Positions 35,997 to 46,051 of a DNA stretch of 64,000 bases are shown one piece after another. Made by a program: the position numbers and the translations under genes. The stretch is from positions 47,049 through 111,048 of the forward strand of contig CAMZZN010000001.1 in the NCBI GenBank assembly GCA_947345935.1. Reading direction: 5' to 3'. Origin of the DNA: an uncultured Ruminococcus sp. (GTDB lineage Bacteria > Bacillota > Clostridia > Oscillospirales > Ruminococcaceae). Every line of letters starts with the position of its first letter. The stretch's first letter is position 1. Below the pieces are notes generated by a model, which was not told the DNA's origin, made no database searches, and was given only the letters and a program-made list of their open reading frames with translations.

Positions 35997-38369
35997 ATGA
36001 AAGTACAGAAAACATTTATCAGAAAATGTCTTGCTGCTGCTGTGTCAGGAGTGATGCTTACATCTGTCTGTGCCGTTAATACAGGCGGCGTTACAGTAAA
36101 TGCAGCGGAAAATCTTATCAGCAATTCTACGTTTGAAAACGGAACTTCAGGCTGGGCTCTCTATAAAGAAAGCGGCGGAGCTGCAACGCTCGGTACTGAA
36201 AACGGACGTCTGGCGGTAAATATTACTTCGCTTGGAACTGTAAATTATGCCGTTCAGCCTAATTTTGATGTAATACCTTTGTACAAGAACGGCGTTTATC
36301 GTCTGAAATTTGATGTGTCATGCACCGTAGACAGATTTATTGAGGGAATGATACAGCAGAACGGCGGAACATATACGGCGTATACATGGAAAGGAATCAA
36401 TCTTACATCCGAGATGCAGACGATAGACTATGAGTTTGTAATGGAATATGATACCGATATTATGACAAAGCTCTGCTTTAACTGCGGCATTCAGGAAGAT
36501 CATGAGGGTCAGCTTCCGCCTCATACTATTTATTTTGATAACGTTTCTCTTGAACTTGTAGACGACAGCAACGTTGATTACAGTGCTGATAAGCCCTATG
36601 AGCCGGATATAGTTACCAATCAGGTAGGATATCGGACAGATGATGTTAAAACGGCTGTATTCCGCAATATTTCAGGATTTGGCACATTTAATGTTGTAAA
36701 TGCCGATACAAAAGAAAATGTCTATACAGGCAAAATGTCGGAAGCAATAAGCTACTCATTGGCTGACGAGACGGATTATACCGGCGATTTTTCAGCTGTT
36801 ACCGAACCGGGAACTTACTATATTACTGCTGACGGAGCTGATGATTCGTATACATTCATCATAGGCGATAACGTTTATAAAGAACTTATTGATGACTCCG
36901 TCCGTATGTTGTATTTACAGAGATGCGGATGCGAAGTTATAGATGATGAATTCGGTCATCCTGCCTGCCATAATACTATGGCTACGATCTATCAGACGGA
37001 CCAGAAAATAGACGTCAGCGGCGGATGGCATGATGCCGGCGATTACGGTCGATATATAGTTCCGGCGGCAAAGGCTGTTGCCGATCTTCTCTATGCATAT
37101 GATGCTGCTCCGGAACTTTACGGTGATGATCTTAACATTCCGGAAAGCGGAAACGGTGTTCCGGACGTTCTTGACGAAGTGCGTTACGAGTTGGAATGGA
37201 TGCTCAAAATGCAGTCGGAAAACGGAGGCGTTTACCACAAAGTAAGCTGCGACACTTTTCCCGGATATGTAATGCCGCAGGCTGAAACCAAGCCTCTTAT
37301 CGTAACTCCCGTTTCTTCAACGGCTACGGCAGACTTCTGTGCATCTATGGCTCTGGCTTATGAATTGTATCTGCCTGTTGATGCGGAATTTGCAGAGGAG
37401 TGTTTCACAGCGGCTGAAAGATCATGGGAATGGCTTGAAAAAAATCCCGGTTTCCTGTTTAAAAATCCTTCCGATATCGTAACGGGAGATTACGGCGATA
37501 AGACTGACAGCGACGAGCGTTACTGGGCGGCCGTTCAGATGTATCGTGCTACAGGAGACGAGAAGTATCTGAATTCTGTTTCTTACGCACTCAGGGGACT
37601 TGATTGGGGTACAGTCGGAGATTACGGAAATATTGCTCTTCTTACAATGAAGGATGTCGATAAGAATTCCGAAGTATATAAAGATGCAAAGGATGCAGTT
37701 ATCAACCAGGCAAATAATTTCAAAGCTGTATCCAACTCTTCACCTTATGGAGTTTCTCTTATGAAATTTGCATGGGGCAGCAATATGACGGTTGCTAATG
37801 CCGGCGTTATCTGCGGTCTTGCATATAGACTTACAGGCGATGAGACATATCTTAAAGCAGCTAATTCAAATCTTGATTATCTGCTTGGATATAATCCGAA
37901 TGCAGTATGTTTTGTAACGGGATATGGCACGGTGTCTCCCGAATATCCTCACCACAGACCTTCAATGGCTGTTGGAAAAGCAATGAAAGGTATGTTGGTA
38001 GGCGGTGTAAACTCTGCGCTTGAAGATCCGGCAGCAAAGGCATATCTTAAGAATGCTCCGGCAGCAAAGTGCTACGTTGATAATTCGGAGAGCTATTCCA
38101 CTAATGAAATCACTATTTACTGGAATTCTCCTCTGACATACCTATTTTCACTTACGGAAAAAAATGAGACTTCTGTTCCGGCAAAGGACGGAGATATTAA
38201 TAATGACGGATATGTAAATATCGCTGATCTGGTTTGTCTTCAGAATTATCTGCTCAAAAGGGAGACTATAACTCCTGAGCAGGCAGCGGCAGCCGACGTA
38301 TGCAGGGATAATGAGATAGACGTATTCGATCTTGTTAAATTAAGACAGATTGTTATTGAAAACAAATAA
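35997..38369 (+). CDS. Cellulosomal GH9 cellulase: signal peptide, CBM4, Ig-like, GH9, dockerin
   Basis: GGWHDAGDYG, PHHRPS, SYSTNEITIYWN; two Ca-binding dockerin repeats (DINNDGYVNIAD, DVCRDNEIDVFD). Confidence 0.93.
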   Translation: MKVQKTFIRKCLAAAVSGVMLTSVCAVNTGGVTVNAAENLISNSTFENGTSGWALYKESGGAATLGTENGRLAVNITSLGTVNYAVQPNFDVIPLYKNGVYRLKFDVSCTVDRFIEGMIQQNGGTYTAYTWKGINLTSEMQTIDYEFVMEYDTDIMTKLCFNCGIQEDHEGQLPPHTIYFDNVSLELVDDSNVDYSADKPYEPDIVTNQVGYRTDDVKTAVFRNISGFGTFNVVNADTKENVYTGKMSEAISYSLADETDYTGDFSAVTEPGTYYITADGADDSYTFIIGDNVYKELIDDSVRMLYLQRCGCEVIDDEFGHPACHNTMATIYQTDQKIDVSGGWHDAGDYGRYIVPAAKAVADLLYAYDAAPELYGDDLNIPESGNGVPDVLDEVRYELEWMLKMQSENGGVYHKVSCDTFPGYVMPQAETKPLIVTPVSSTATADFCASMALAYELYLPVDAEFAEECFTAAERSWEWLEKNPGFLFKNPSDIVTGDYGDKTDSDERYWAAVQMYRATGDEKYLNSVSYALRGLDWGTVGDYGNIALLTMKDVDKNSEVYKDAKDAVINQANNFKAVSNSSPYGVSLMKFAWGSNMTVANAGVICGLAYRLTGDETYLKAANSNLDYLLGYNPNAVCFVTGYGTVSPEYPHHRPSMAVGKAMKGMLVGGVNSALEDPAAKAYLKNAPAAKCYVDNSESYSTNEITIYWNSPLTYLFSLTEKNETSVPAKDGDINNDGYVNIADLVCLQNYLLKRETITPEQAAAADVCRDNEIDVFDLVKLRQIVIENK

Positions 38370-38376
38370 GTATAAG

Positions 38377-38412
38377 AAAAATTCTCCGATTATTTATAAT
38401 CGGGGAATTTTT
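38377..38412 (+). terminator. Terminator after GH9
   Basis: AAAAATTCTCCGATTA / TAATCGGGGAATTTTT stem. Confidence 0.8.
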
Positions 38413-38413
38413 G

Positions 38414-38442
38414 TTTACAAATCAAAATATATATGTTATAAT
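38414..38442 (+). promoter_or_regulatory. Sigma-A promoter of the C1A peptidase gene
   Basis: TTTACA, 17 nt, TATAAT with extended TG. Confidence 0.65.
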
Positions 38443-38494
38443 GAATTATATTTATAGTATGAGCGTGAGTTATAAAAATTATGGGAGGTAAAAA

Positions 38495-41400
38495 ATGAAA
38501 GTTTATTTCAAAAAAATAACTGCCGCAGCATCTGCTGCCGCTGTTGCAGCAACATTCTGTTTTTCAACAGCTTACAGCGCCTGGGATCTTTCGCCGGATA
38601 AGAATAAAGAAAGACCTCCGTCGAAAAGTTATGATATATCATCCTTTTCAATGGAGCTTCCTCAGTTCAGGTATGTAATGGGCGGCGGCGGAATTACACT
38701 TGAACCTATGTCGGTGCATGATTATTCATTGGATGCGGGGGCTTACGGCAGTTCCGCTGAATTGCCCTCCGATTTCGATCTCCGTAAAGCGTCCGGCATG
38801 ACCGGAGTGAGAGATCAGAAGCAATACGGAACCTGTTGGGCTCATTCCTCTGCCGCCAGCGCAGAAAGCGTAATTCTTGACAGCGATCCGTCTGTGGATT
38901 TTTCAGAGTTTCACACAGCGTATTTTACCTATTACGGCAGTGACCAGGTCGAGCCGGATTCTGATAATATCGAAGATATACTTAATATGGGAGGTTCAGC
39001 TTATAACGTTATAAATTTATGGGCACAGTGGATAGGTCCGGTATATGAAGAAAAAATGCCGTACGGGGATCTGAGTATCTTTGAGAGTGAAAAAATAATT
39101 TCGGAACTCAGGAATACCAGTGATTATCATCTTGAAAATGCCTATGTTTTTGATTATAACTATGACAGAACGAATTTTGACGAATTAAATAACGTCATAA
39201 AAGATTTTGTGTACGGCGGTCAGGGAGTGGACGTATCGTTTTACAGCGATCAGTCTGTAAACTACAGCTACAGCTACAGTACGTCCAATACCCAGCGTAA
39301 GCCAAGGTTTGCCAATCATGCCGTAACTATTTGCGGTTGGGACGATAATATTCCGGCTGAAAAATTCAGAAATTCTCCCGAAGGCGACGGCGGCTGGCTT
39401 GTCAAGAACAGTTGGGGAGCGGATTTTGGCAATGACGGTTATTTCTGGATCTCATATTACGACAAGTCGCTTGTTAATTTTGGCGTATACGATCTCGGAG
39501 ATAAGAAAAATTATGAAACGATCCACCAGCATGATACATTTGCGCCAACGAATGCAATGTCGGCTCATGCGGATGGAGCAGCTGATAAACCTTCGTATAT
39601 GGCAAATATATTTCAGACTGAAAACGGCGAGGAGATACGGGCAGTATCTACGTATTTCAATATGCCGGAAACAGAATACGAAATAACTGTTTACAGCGGT
39701 CTGAGCGATCCCTCTGACCCGACGTCGGGAACAGGACACACGGCTGCTTCAGGCGTCAGCGGACTTCCGGGATATCAGACGATCGAACTTGACTCGGATG
39801 TTTACGTTGAACCGGGAGATTTTAGCATTGTTGTAAAGCTGTTTTGTCCTGACAGTCCGTTTGTTATTCCCGTTGAGGCAAGTCTTTACGCTGAGAATCG
39901 GGAAACACATGAGGTAATGGATATGGGAAAATTTACCGCTAAGGACAGGATAGAAGCCAATACCGGAGCAAACGAAAGTTTCTACAGCCCCGACGGTCTG
40001 ACATGGAAGGACGCCGGATGCGAAACGTATCTGTATACTGACGAAGAAAAATCTGATCTTCTGAAAGGTCTGGAGTCTGAGCTTTTTGATGGCATTGACG
40101 AAAACGACGGCGAAATATATCAGAAGGCGCAGAAACAGCTTGAAACATATACCGAGTTGATCAAAGCCAGCGATATGAAGATAATCACGGGAAATGTATC
40201 GCTCAAGGCATTCGGAAATGGTGCGTCATCGGTGGAATTTTCGCACATTTCTGGTGAGATTCCGGCTGACGAGGCGGTGTCTCTTTCTGCTTCGGCAGGA
40301 GAGAAAATACTGGTATCAGTAAACGGAAGCGAGTATCTGCCGTATGAAAGCCCGATTGCAGTGACCGGTAAAATGACGATTTCAGCTACCACGAACAGAT
40401 ATAATTTTACGGAACGTACTTACGAACCGTCTGCCGCACAATTCTTTGAACTGGACTATGCTGCCAATAAAAGCGGCTACGCTGCTGATTTAAAAAAAGC
40501 CAAAAGAATCAGTCGCAGCGAGTATCTGATAGAACTTGGAGCTGCGGAAAGTCAGCTTCGTCTTTATCCGGTAACGGATGCAGATATCATTATGGACGGT
40601 ACACCGATCGAGAAGTATAAGATCACAGATATAATAGAAATTGGCTACGGTGAAACAGAGATCATTTTTGATTTGTCAAAAGAAAATGCCGTTGATAATA
40701 AGGTGACCCTTACAGTAAAAAAATTTCCTATTGAAATAGATCTGGAAGGTGAAACGATAAAGTATACCGGAGCTGACAATGTTTTTTCAATGAATCTTGA
40801 AGAAATCCCTGATAATTCATATATCGGCGATCGTTCCGGGGAGACTGTCAAGGTATTTGTTGGGCTGGACAGTTATGAATATGTTCTCCCGGAAAGAAAC
40901 GTTTTGCCGCAGCTTGAAACAGACTATACTTATGAAATGCTTGGATTTATCCCGAATGAAACGGCAGAACTTCTGGAATACGCAGTTAATGACGATCCGG
41001 CGGATGAGGATTTTATAAGCGCATCTGATCGTCTTTATGACGGCACGTGGATAAATTCCGGCATGATAATGAATAAAGCGTTTGCAGTAATACCCGGAGA
41101 AAAAGTGACCCTGAAAATTGCGGCAGGAAACGGAATGTTTGCCAGTGATCCGGTGGTATACGATATTCCTGAAGCTCCGGCTGCTCCGAAAGTTCTTCCA
41201 GCCTGCACGATAAATGGAGATATGTGTATCCTTGACGATTTCAGCTATGAAATAGCGCTTCCGTCCGAATGTTCATTTACCTCTGAGGAACAACTTGCGT
41301 CTCACTGGGGATATTCTGATGCAGAGAGATTTGAAAAGCTGATGTTCCGTCGCATGAATGTATCGGACATTGAAAGCGTGACAAATTATATTTCATCTGA

Positions 41401-41746
41401 CTGGAATACATCCATTGTTACAGATACGGATAAAAAAATTGCCGTAAGATATGCTGCAACCGAAAATTCTTTTGCATCTCAGAGCGTATACGTTGATGTT
41501 TCAGAGCTTATGAAGAATGATGTGATGAAGGGCGACGTAAATCTTGACGGTATCATAACCGGCACGGACGCAACGCTTGTGCTTATACATTACACGTTGA
41601 TATCTTCTGGAAGAGATGGTATTCTTACCGGAACAGCGCTGGAAGCTGCCGATTATACCGGTGACGGTATTATTACCGGTTCAGATGCAACGCATATTCT
41701 GGTGCTTTATACAACACTTTCTTCAATGATAGGAAAAAATACCTGA
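38495..41746 (+). CDS. Secreted papain-family (C1A) cysteine peptidase with beta-sandwich modules and C-terminal dockerin
   Basis: DQKQYGTCWAH (Q, C), NHAVTICGW (H), WLVKNSWG (N); dockerin GDVNLDG...ADYTGDG. Confidence 0.9.
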   Translation: MKVYFKKITAAASAAAVAATFCFSTAYSAWDLSPDKNKERPPSKSYDISSFSMELPQFRYVMGGGGITLEPMSVHDYSLDAGAYGSSAELPSDFDLRKASGMTGVRDQKQYGTCWAHSSAASAESVILDSDPSVDFSEFHTAYFTYYGSDQVEPDSDNIEDILNMGGSAYNVINLWAQWIGPVYEEKMPYGDLSIFESEKIISELRNTSDYHLENAYVFDYNYDRTNFDELNNVIKDFVYGGQGVDVSFYSDQSVNYSYSYSTSNTQRKPRFANHAVTICGWDDNIPAEKFRNSPEGDGGWLVKNSWGADFGNDGYFWISYYDKSLVNFGVYDLGDKKNYETIHQHDTFAPTNAMSAHADGAADKPSYMANIFQTENGEEIRAVSTYFNMPETEYEITVYSGLSDPSDPTSGTGHTAASGVSGLPGYQTIELDSDVYVEPGDFSIVVKLFCPDSPFVIPVEASLYAENRETHEVMDMGKFTAKDRIEANTGANESFYSPDGLTWKDAGCETYLYTDEEKSDLLKGLESELFDGIDENDGEIYQKAQKQLETYTELIKASDMKIITGNVSLKAFGNGASSVEFSHISGEIPADEAVSLSASAGEKILVSVNGSEYLPYESPIAVTGKMTISATTNRYNFTERTYEPSAAQFFELDYAANKSGYAADLKKAKRISRSEYLIELGAAESQLRLYPVTDADIIMDGTPIEKYKITDIIEIGYGETEIIFDLSKENAVDNKVTLTVKKFPIEIDLEGETIKYTGADNVFSMNLEEIPDNSYIGDRSGETVKVFVGLDSYEYVLPERNVLPQLETDYTYEMLGFIPNETAELLEYAVNDDPADEDFISASDRLYDGTWINSGMIMNKAFAVIPGEKVTLKIAAGNGMFASDPVVYDIPEAPAAPKVLPACTINGDMCILDDFSYEIALPSECSFTSEEQLASHWGYSDAERFEKLMFRRMNVSDIESVTNYISSDWNTSIVTDTDKKIAVRYAATENSFASQSVYVDVSELMKNDVMKGDVNLDGIITGTDATLVLIHYTLISSGRDGILTGTALEAADYTGDGIITGSDATHILVLYTTLSSMIGKNT

Positions 41747-41973
41747 ACAGCATTAATGATATTGAACAAAAATGGTATGTTTTTTTATTGGTTCTTCTAT
41801 ATATTGGTAGATAGCAATAAAAGAAACAGGCTGAATTTGTGAAATAAATAAAATTGGTGTAACCAATCTGTAACTTTTATAATTTGTCGTTATGAATTGT
41901 GTTAAAATCACTGAAAATATAGTGTTGAAAATATACAGAGTGCTCAAAAAATATTAAAGAACGATACAAAGCA

Positions 41974-42002
41974 TTGACTTTAAACGAAAAATAGGGTATA
42001 TT
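41974..42002 (+). promoter_or_regulatory. Putative sigma-A promoter of the sugar ABC operon
   Basis: TTGACT, 17 nt, TATATT, about 300 nt upstream of the first gene. Confidence 0.5.
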
Positions 42003-42305
42003 TTATATTGCAAAGAGCAATTATGCCTGTATGCACTGATTATGTCCGGATTTATAACCGCATCCGAACAAAGAAGTGTAAGAGGGACAGACCAGGCGAA
42101 ACTTTGCCGTATTGTCTGTTTTTGTGATTGCTTAATATTACATTGACCTATATGGCTATTGTAATGCATCGGATGAATAAGGATCCGGAAAGCGTGGAGA
42201 ACATTCCACGCAATTGCTTGGTCTGAAAAACGGTGCGGAAAAATTATCCAAACATATTATACTTTAAATCGAGTATAATATACATATTTAAGGAGGAAAA
42301 TTCTA

Positions 42306-43811
42306 ATGAACACACTTAAGAAAACATTAGCTTTAGTAGCTACACTTGCTATGGCTTCTACAGCATTCGTTGGATGCGGCAAGGATGATTCCAGCTCAGA
42401 TTCCACAGCAACAAAGGATTCTTCTTCAACAGAAGATAAGACAGATGCCCCTGACAGCACAGACGCTCCTGATACTACAGACGGAGAGACACCTACAGAT
42501 GCTCCCGAGGATCCTACAGATGCTCCTACTGCTGCAGGCACACCTAACTCAACAGAGGTTGGCGCTGTAAAACTTAAGACAGGCGGCGACAAATTTACAG
42601 TTGCAGCTTGGAACCCTGATGACGTTCCTGCTCTTCTCGAAGCTTGGGAAAAGGCTACAGGCTATGATGCAAACAAAGTAAACTTCATTAACCTTGACTG
42701 CGGCGGTGGAGATGCTGCTGAAAAGTATGACAATCTCTTTAAGTCAGGCGATGATCTCGACGTATTCTTCTGCGAAGCAGACTGGGCACTCAGATACATC
42801 AACGACGATACAAAGACAGCTGCTCTTGAGGATCTCGGATTCACAGATGCTAACTTCACAGATCAGTTTGCTTACACACAGGAAATCGGCAGAGCTACTT
42901 CCGGTAAGAATGCTGGCAAGATTGTAGGCGCTTCATGGCAGGCAGCAGCAGGCGGATTTGCTTACAGAGCTGATCTTGCAGAGCAGTACCTCGGCGTTAA
43001 GACACCTGATGAGATGCAGGCTAAGATCGAAGGCTGGGACAACTTCGTTGATGCAGCTACAACAGTTGCAGAGCAGTCCGGCGGTAAGGTTGCACTTGCT
43101 GACTCACTCGGCGGTATGTGGCAGGTATTTGCTGCTAACAGAACAACTCCTTGGGTTGTAGACGGACTTGTTGAAATCGATGATTCCTGCAAGACATTCG
43201 CTGATTACGCTAAGACACTCTGGGACAACGGCGGTGTAACACACAACAGCCAGTGGTCAGACGCTTGGATTCCTGCTGGTAAGGACGGTTCATGCATGGG
43301 TTACTTCGTATCCACATGGGGCTTCGGCGAGCAGGCATTCTTCGGCCAGGCTTCTTCTGAGTCTTACGGCAAGTGGGCACTTTGCGAAGGTCCTGACAGC
43401 TACTTCTGGGGCGGCACATGGATCGTTGTAAATCCTGCAACAGACAATGCTGAGGAAGCTCAGAGCTTCATCCTCAACTCTGCTGTAGATCAGGCAGCTA
43501 TGAAGGAATATGCTATCAGCAAGCCTGAGTATGTAAACAACATGAGCGCAATGAAGGAGATCATCGACAACGGTGAGAACCCCAACGAGTTCGTTACAAA
43601 GAACCTTGGCGGACAGAACTACTTCCAGGTTCTCAACGAGAGCGTTCTTGGCGTAGATCTTAAGGGTCTTATCACTCCTTATGATGCTACAATCAAGACA
43701 ACTTTCCTTGATGCAGTTACAAAGGAATACTGCACAAATGGTACATCATGGGATGATGTAAAGCTCAAGGTTTTGGCTGATGTAACTGCTGCAATCCCTG
43801 ATCTTGGTTAA
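42306..43811 (+). CDS. Carbohydrate ABC transporter substrate-binding lipoprotein
   Basis: Lipobox FVGC, D/T/P-rich linker, YRADLAEQYLG, WGGTW; strongly biased codon use. Confidence 0.9.
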   Translation: MNTLKKTLALVATLAMASTAFVGCGKDDSSSDSTATKDSSSTEDKTDAPDSTDAPDTTDGETPTDAPEDPTDAPTAAGTPNSTEVGAVKLKTGGDKFTVAAWNPDDVPALLEAWEKATGYDANKVNFINLDCGGGDAAEKYDNLFKSGDDLDVFFCEADWALRYINDDTKTAALEDLGFTDANFTDQFAYTQEIGRATSGKNAGKIVGASWQAAAGGFAYRADLAEQYLGVKTPDEMQAKIEGWDNFVDAATTVAEQSGGKVALADSLGGMWQVFAANRTTPWVVDGLVEIDDSCKTFADYAKTLWDNGGVTHNSQWSDAWIPAGKDGSCMGYFVSTWGFGEQAFFGQASSESYGKWALCEGPDSYFWGGTWIVVNPATDNAEEAQSFILNSAVDQAAMKEYAISKPEYVNNMSAMKEIIDNGENPNEFVTKNLGGQNYFQVLNESVLGVDLKGLITPYDATIKTTFLDAVTKEYCTNGTSWDDVKLKVLADVTAAIPDLG

Positions 43812-43845
43812 TTAAAACAATATAAGTTTTACTAATTAATTGAAT

Positions 43846-43889
43846 TTATAATGGTTGCCTGTAGTTTTTCTTGCAGGCAGCCATTATAA
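43846..43889 (+). promoter_or_regulatory. Intergenic stem-loop between SBP and permease genes (likely mRNA stability or processing element)
   Basis: 18-bp stem TTATAATGGTTGCCTGTA / TGCAGGCAGCCATTATAA with no downstream T tract. Confidence 0.65.
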
Positions 43890-43921
43890 TCTATAATATT
43901 ATCACGAGAGGGTGTGTAGCT

Positions 43922-45073
43922 ATGGCATCAGCTGCTCAGAGGAGAATTAAATCTATCAGTTATGCTAAATATGGCTATATATTTATTCTTCCGTTTTTTC
44001 TTGTTTATTTCTTTTTTCAATTCTGGCCTTTAATTAATACTTTTGTTCTTAGTTTTCACGGAAATGACACTAATGTTGAAGAATTTGTAGGCTTAGATAA
44101 TTACAAAACTATTCTTTTTGAAACAGAGGTTGACAATGATATTCTTCTGAGAAAATCAGATAAGCTTGAAGGAAAGTCTGCTGAAGAAAAGAAAGCAATG
44201 ATCAAAGCAGAACAGGATAATCAGGCACTCCAGTCGCAGCATGAATTTTTCAAGAAATCATTTGGAAATACGCTGATTCTCTGGTTTGGCAACTTTATTC
44301 CTCAGATTATCCTTTCACTTTCGCTTGCTGTTTGGTTTACAGATGCGATGCTGAAAATACCTGGAAAGGGATTTTTCAAAGTTGTCATGTATATGCCGAA
44401 CATTATCACGGCTGCTTCAGTAGCTGTACTCTTTCTTTCGCTTTGCTCTGAATCAAAATACGGTGCATTCAACCAGATTTTACATAGTGTAGGTGTTGTT
44501 GAAGATATTGAATCAACTGCGTCCGATGATTTTGTAAAATTTGTAACTGGTACTTGGGAACCACGTATAGTTATAATGTTTATTCAAACTTGGATGTGGT
44601 TTGGTAATACTATGATTATGCTTATGTCTGGTATTATGGGTATCAATCCGTCGCTGTTCGAAGCTGCAAGTATCGACGGCGCAACAAGCGGACAGGTATT
44701 CAGAAAGATTACTCTCCCGCTTCTCAGCCCTATCATGGTTTACACACTTGTAACATCTATGATAGGCGGGCTTCAGATGTTCGATATTCCTTACCTCTTC
44801 CATAAGGGAACCGGTATCAGCAGTATCAACCCGAATGTTCGTACAGTTGCAGTTTTCATTTATGAGAGATTCCATACAAGGGGTACAAGCGACTTCTCGT
44901 ACGGTTATTCAGGTGCGGCATCTGTTCTTCTCTTTATTGTTACGCTTATTCTTGGTTCTATTACATTCTATCTCAACAGAGACAAGGATGCTATTGCTAA
45001 AAAGAAGCAGCGTAAAAAGCTTGCACAGCAGGCAAAGATCAAAAATAAGCAGTTTGGAGGTCTGAGCATATGA
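43922..45073 (+). CDS. Carbohydrate ABC transporter permease (MalF-like)
   Basis: GYIFILPFF, EAA motif LFEAASIDGA, ITLPLL. Likely ATG at 43922. Confidence 0.93.
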   Translation: MASAAQRRIKSISYAKYGYIFILPFFLVYFFFQFWPLINTFVLSFHGNDTNVEEFVGLDNYKTILFETEVDNDILLRKSDKLEGKSAEEKKAMIKAEQDNQALQSQHEFFKKSFGNTLILWFGNFIPQIILSLSLAVWFTDAMLKIPGKGFFKVVMYMPNIITAASVAVLFLSLCSESKYGAFNQILHSVGVVEDIESTASDDFVKFVTGTWEPRIVIMFIQTWMWFGNTMIMLMSGIMGINPSLFEAASIDGATSGQVFRKITLPLLSPIMVYTLVTSMIGGLQMFDIPYLFHKGTGISSINPNVRTVAVFIYERFHTRGTSDFSYGYSGAASVLLFIVTLILGSITFYLNRDKDAIAKKKQRKKLAQQAKIKNKQFGGLSI

Positions 45074-45966
45074 GTGATATGAAATCTGTTTATGGACAGG
45101 GCAAAGATAACTATATGCTCAAAATCAGATTAAAGTCAACAATACTCTTCATCTGGTTTGTTATCCTTACTATTATCTGTCTGCTTCCTATTTACGTGCT
45201 GCTTATCAATGCAACACGAAGCAACAATGATATTTCCGGTGGTTTTTCACTGATCCCCGGCGATTATTTTGCTACAAACTTTAAGAATATGCGTACTCTT
45301 GAATATGCTAAGAATGCATTCAAGCCTTTGATTGGTTACAGAAACAGTGCTATCATTACTTGCAGTGCTACAATTCTTACTGTATTCTTTTCAGCGCTTA
45401 CTTCTTACGGCATTCATGTATATGATTTTAAGCTTAAAGAAATTTCGTATACATTTATTCTTCTTATCATGATGGTTCCGACTCAAGTAACTTCTGCCGG
45501 TTTTGTTAACTTCATGATTAAAATTGGACTTCAGAATACATATATTCCGCTTATTGTTCCCGCTATTGCAGCGCCTGCGGTTATTTTCTTCATGAGGTCA
45601 TATCTGAAATCCTCGTTCCCCCTTGACATTGTTGAGGCTGCTCGTATCGACGGTTCGGGCGAGTTCAGAACATTCCTTACAATTGCTATTCCTATGATGA
45701 AGCCGGCTATTGCTGTTCAGGCAATCTTCGCTTTCGTTGCTAACTGGAATAACTTCTATACACCTTCTATGATCCTTCTTGATGGTGATAAGATGAAACA
45801 GACACTCCCGATGATGGTTCAGGCTGTTCAGTCATCTGATAAGTTTACCGACTTTGGTATTGTTTATACTTGTATTGCTCTTAGTATCATTCCGATTGTA
45901 ATTGCTTACGTTCTTCTTTCAAAGTGGATCGTTGGCGGTGTTGCTCTCGGCGGTGTAAAGGAATAA
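45070..45966 (+). CDS. Carbohydrate ABC transporter permease (MalG-like)
   Basis: EAARIDG, IPMMKPA, WNNF. No ATPase gene in the operon. Confidence 0.93.
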   Translation: MSDMKSVYGQGKDNYMLKIRLKSTILFIWFVILTIICLLPIYVLLINATRSNNDISGGFSLIPGDYFATNFKNMRTLEYAKNAFKPLIGYRNSAIITCSATILTVFFSALTSYGIHVYDFKLKEISYTFILLIMMVPTQVTSAGFVNFMIKIGLQNTYIPLIVPAIAAPAVIFFMRSYLKSSFPLDIVEAARIDGSGEFRTFLTIAIPMMKPAIAVQAIFAFVANWNNFYTPSMILLDGDKMKQTLPMMVQAVQSSDKFTDFGIVYTCIALSIIPIVIAYVLLSKWIVGGVALGGVKE

Positions 45967-45976
45967 TTTACGATTT

Positions 45977-46013
45977 AAAGTGCCTTCGGAGGTATTTCCG
46001 GAGGTACTTTTTT
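45977..46013 (+). terminator. Terminator of the ABC operon
   Basis: AAAGTGCCTTCGGA / TCCGGAGGTACTTT stem plus T tract. Confidence 0.85.
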
Positions 46014-46016
46014 CTA

Positions 46017-46045
46017 TTGACAAAAAACAAATTATGTGATATAAT
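46017..46045 (+). promoter_or_regulatory. Sigma-A promoter of TM1266-hydG
   Basis: TTGACA, 17 nt, TATAAT with extended TG (perfect consensus). Confidence 0.85.
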
Positions 46046-46051
46046 ATATAA

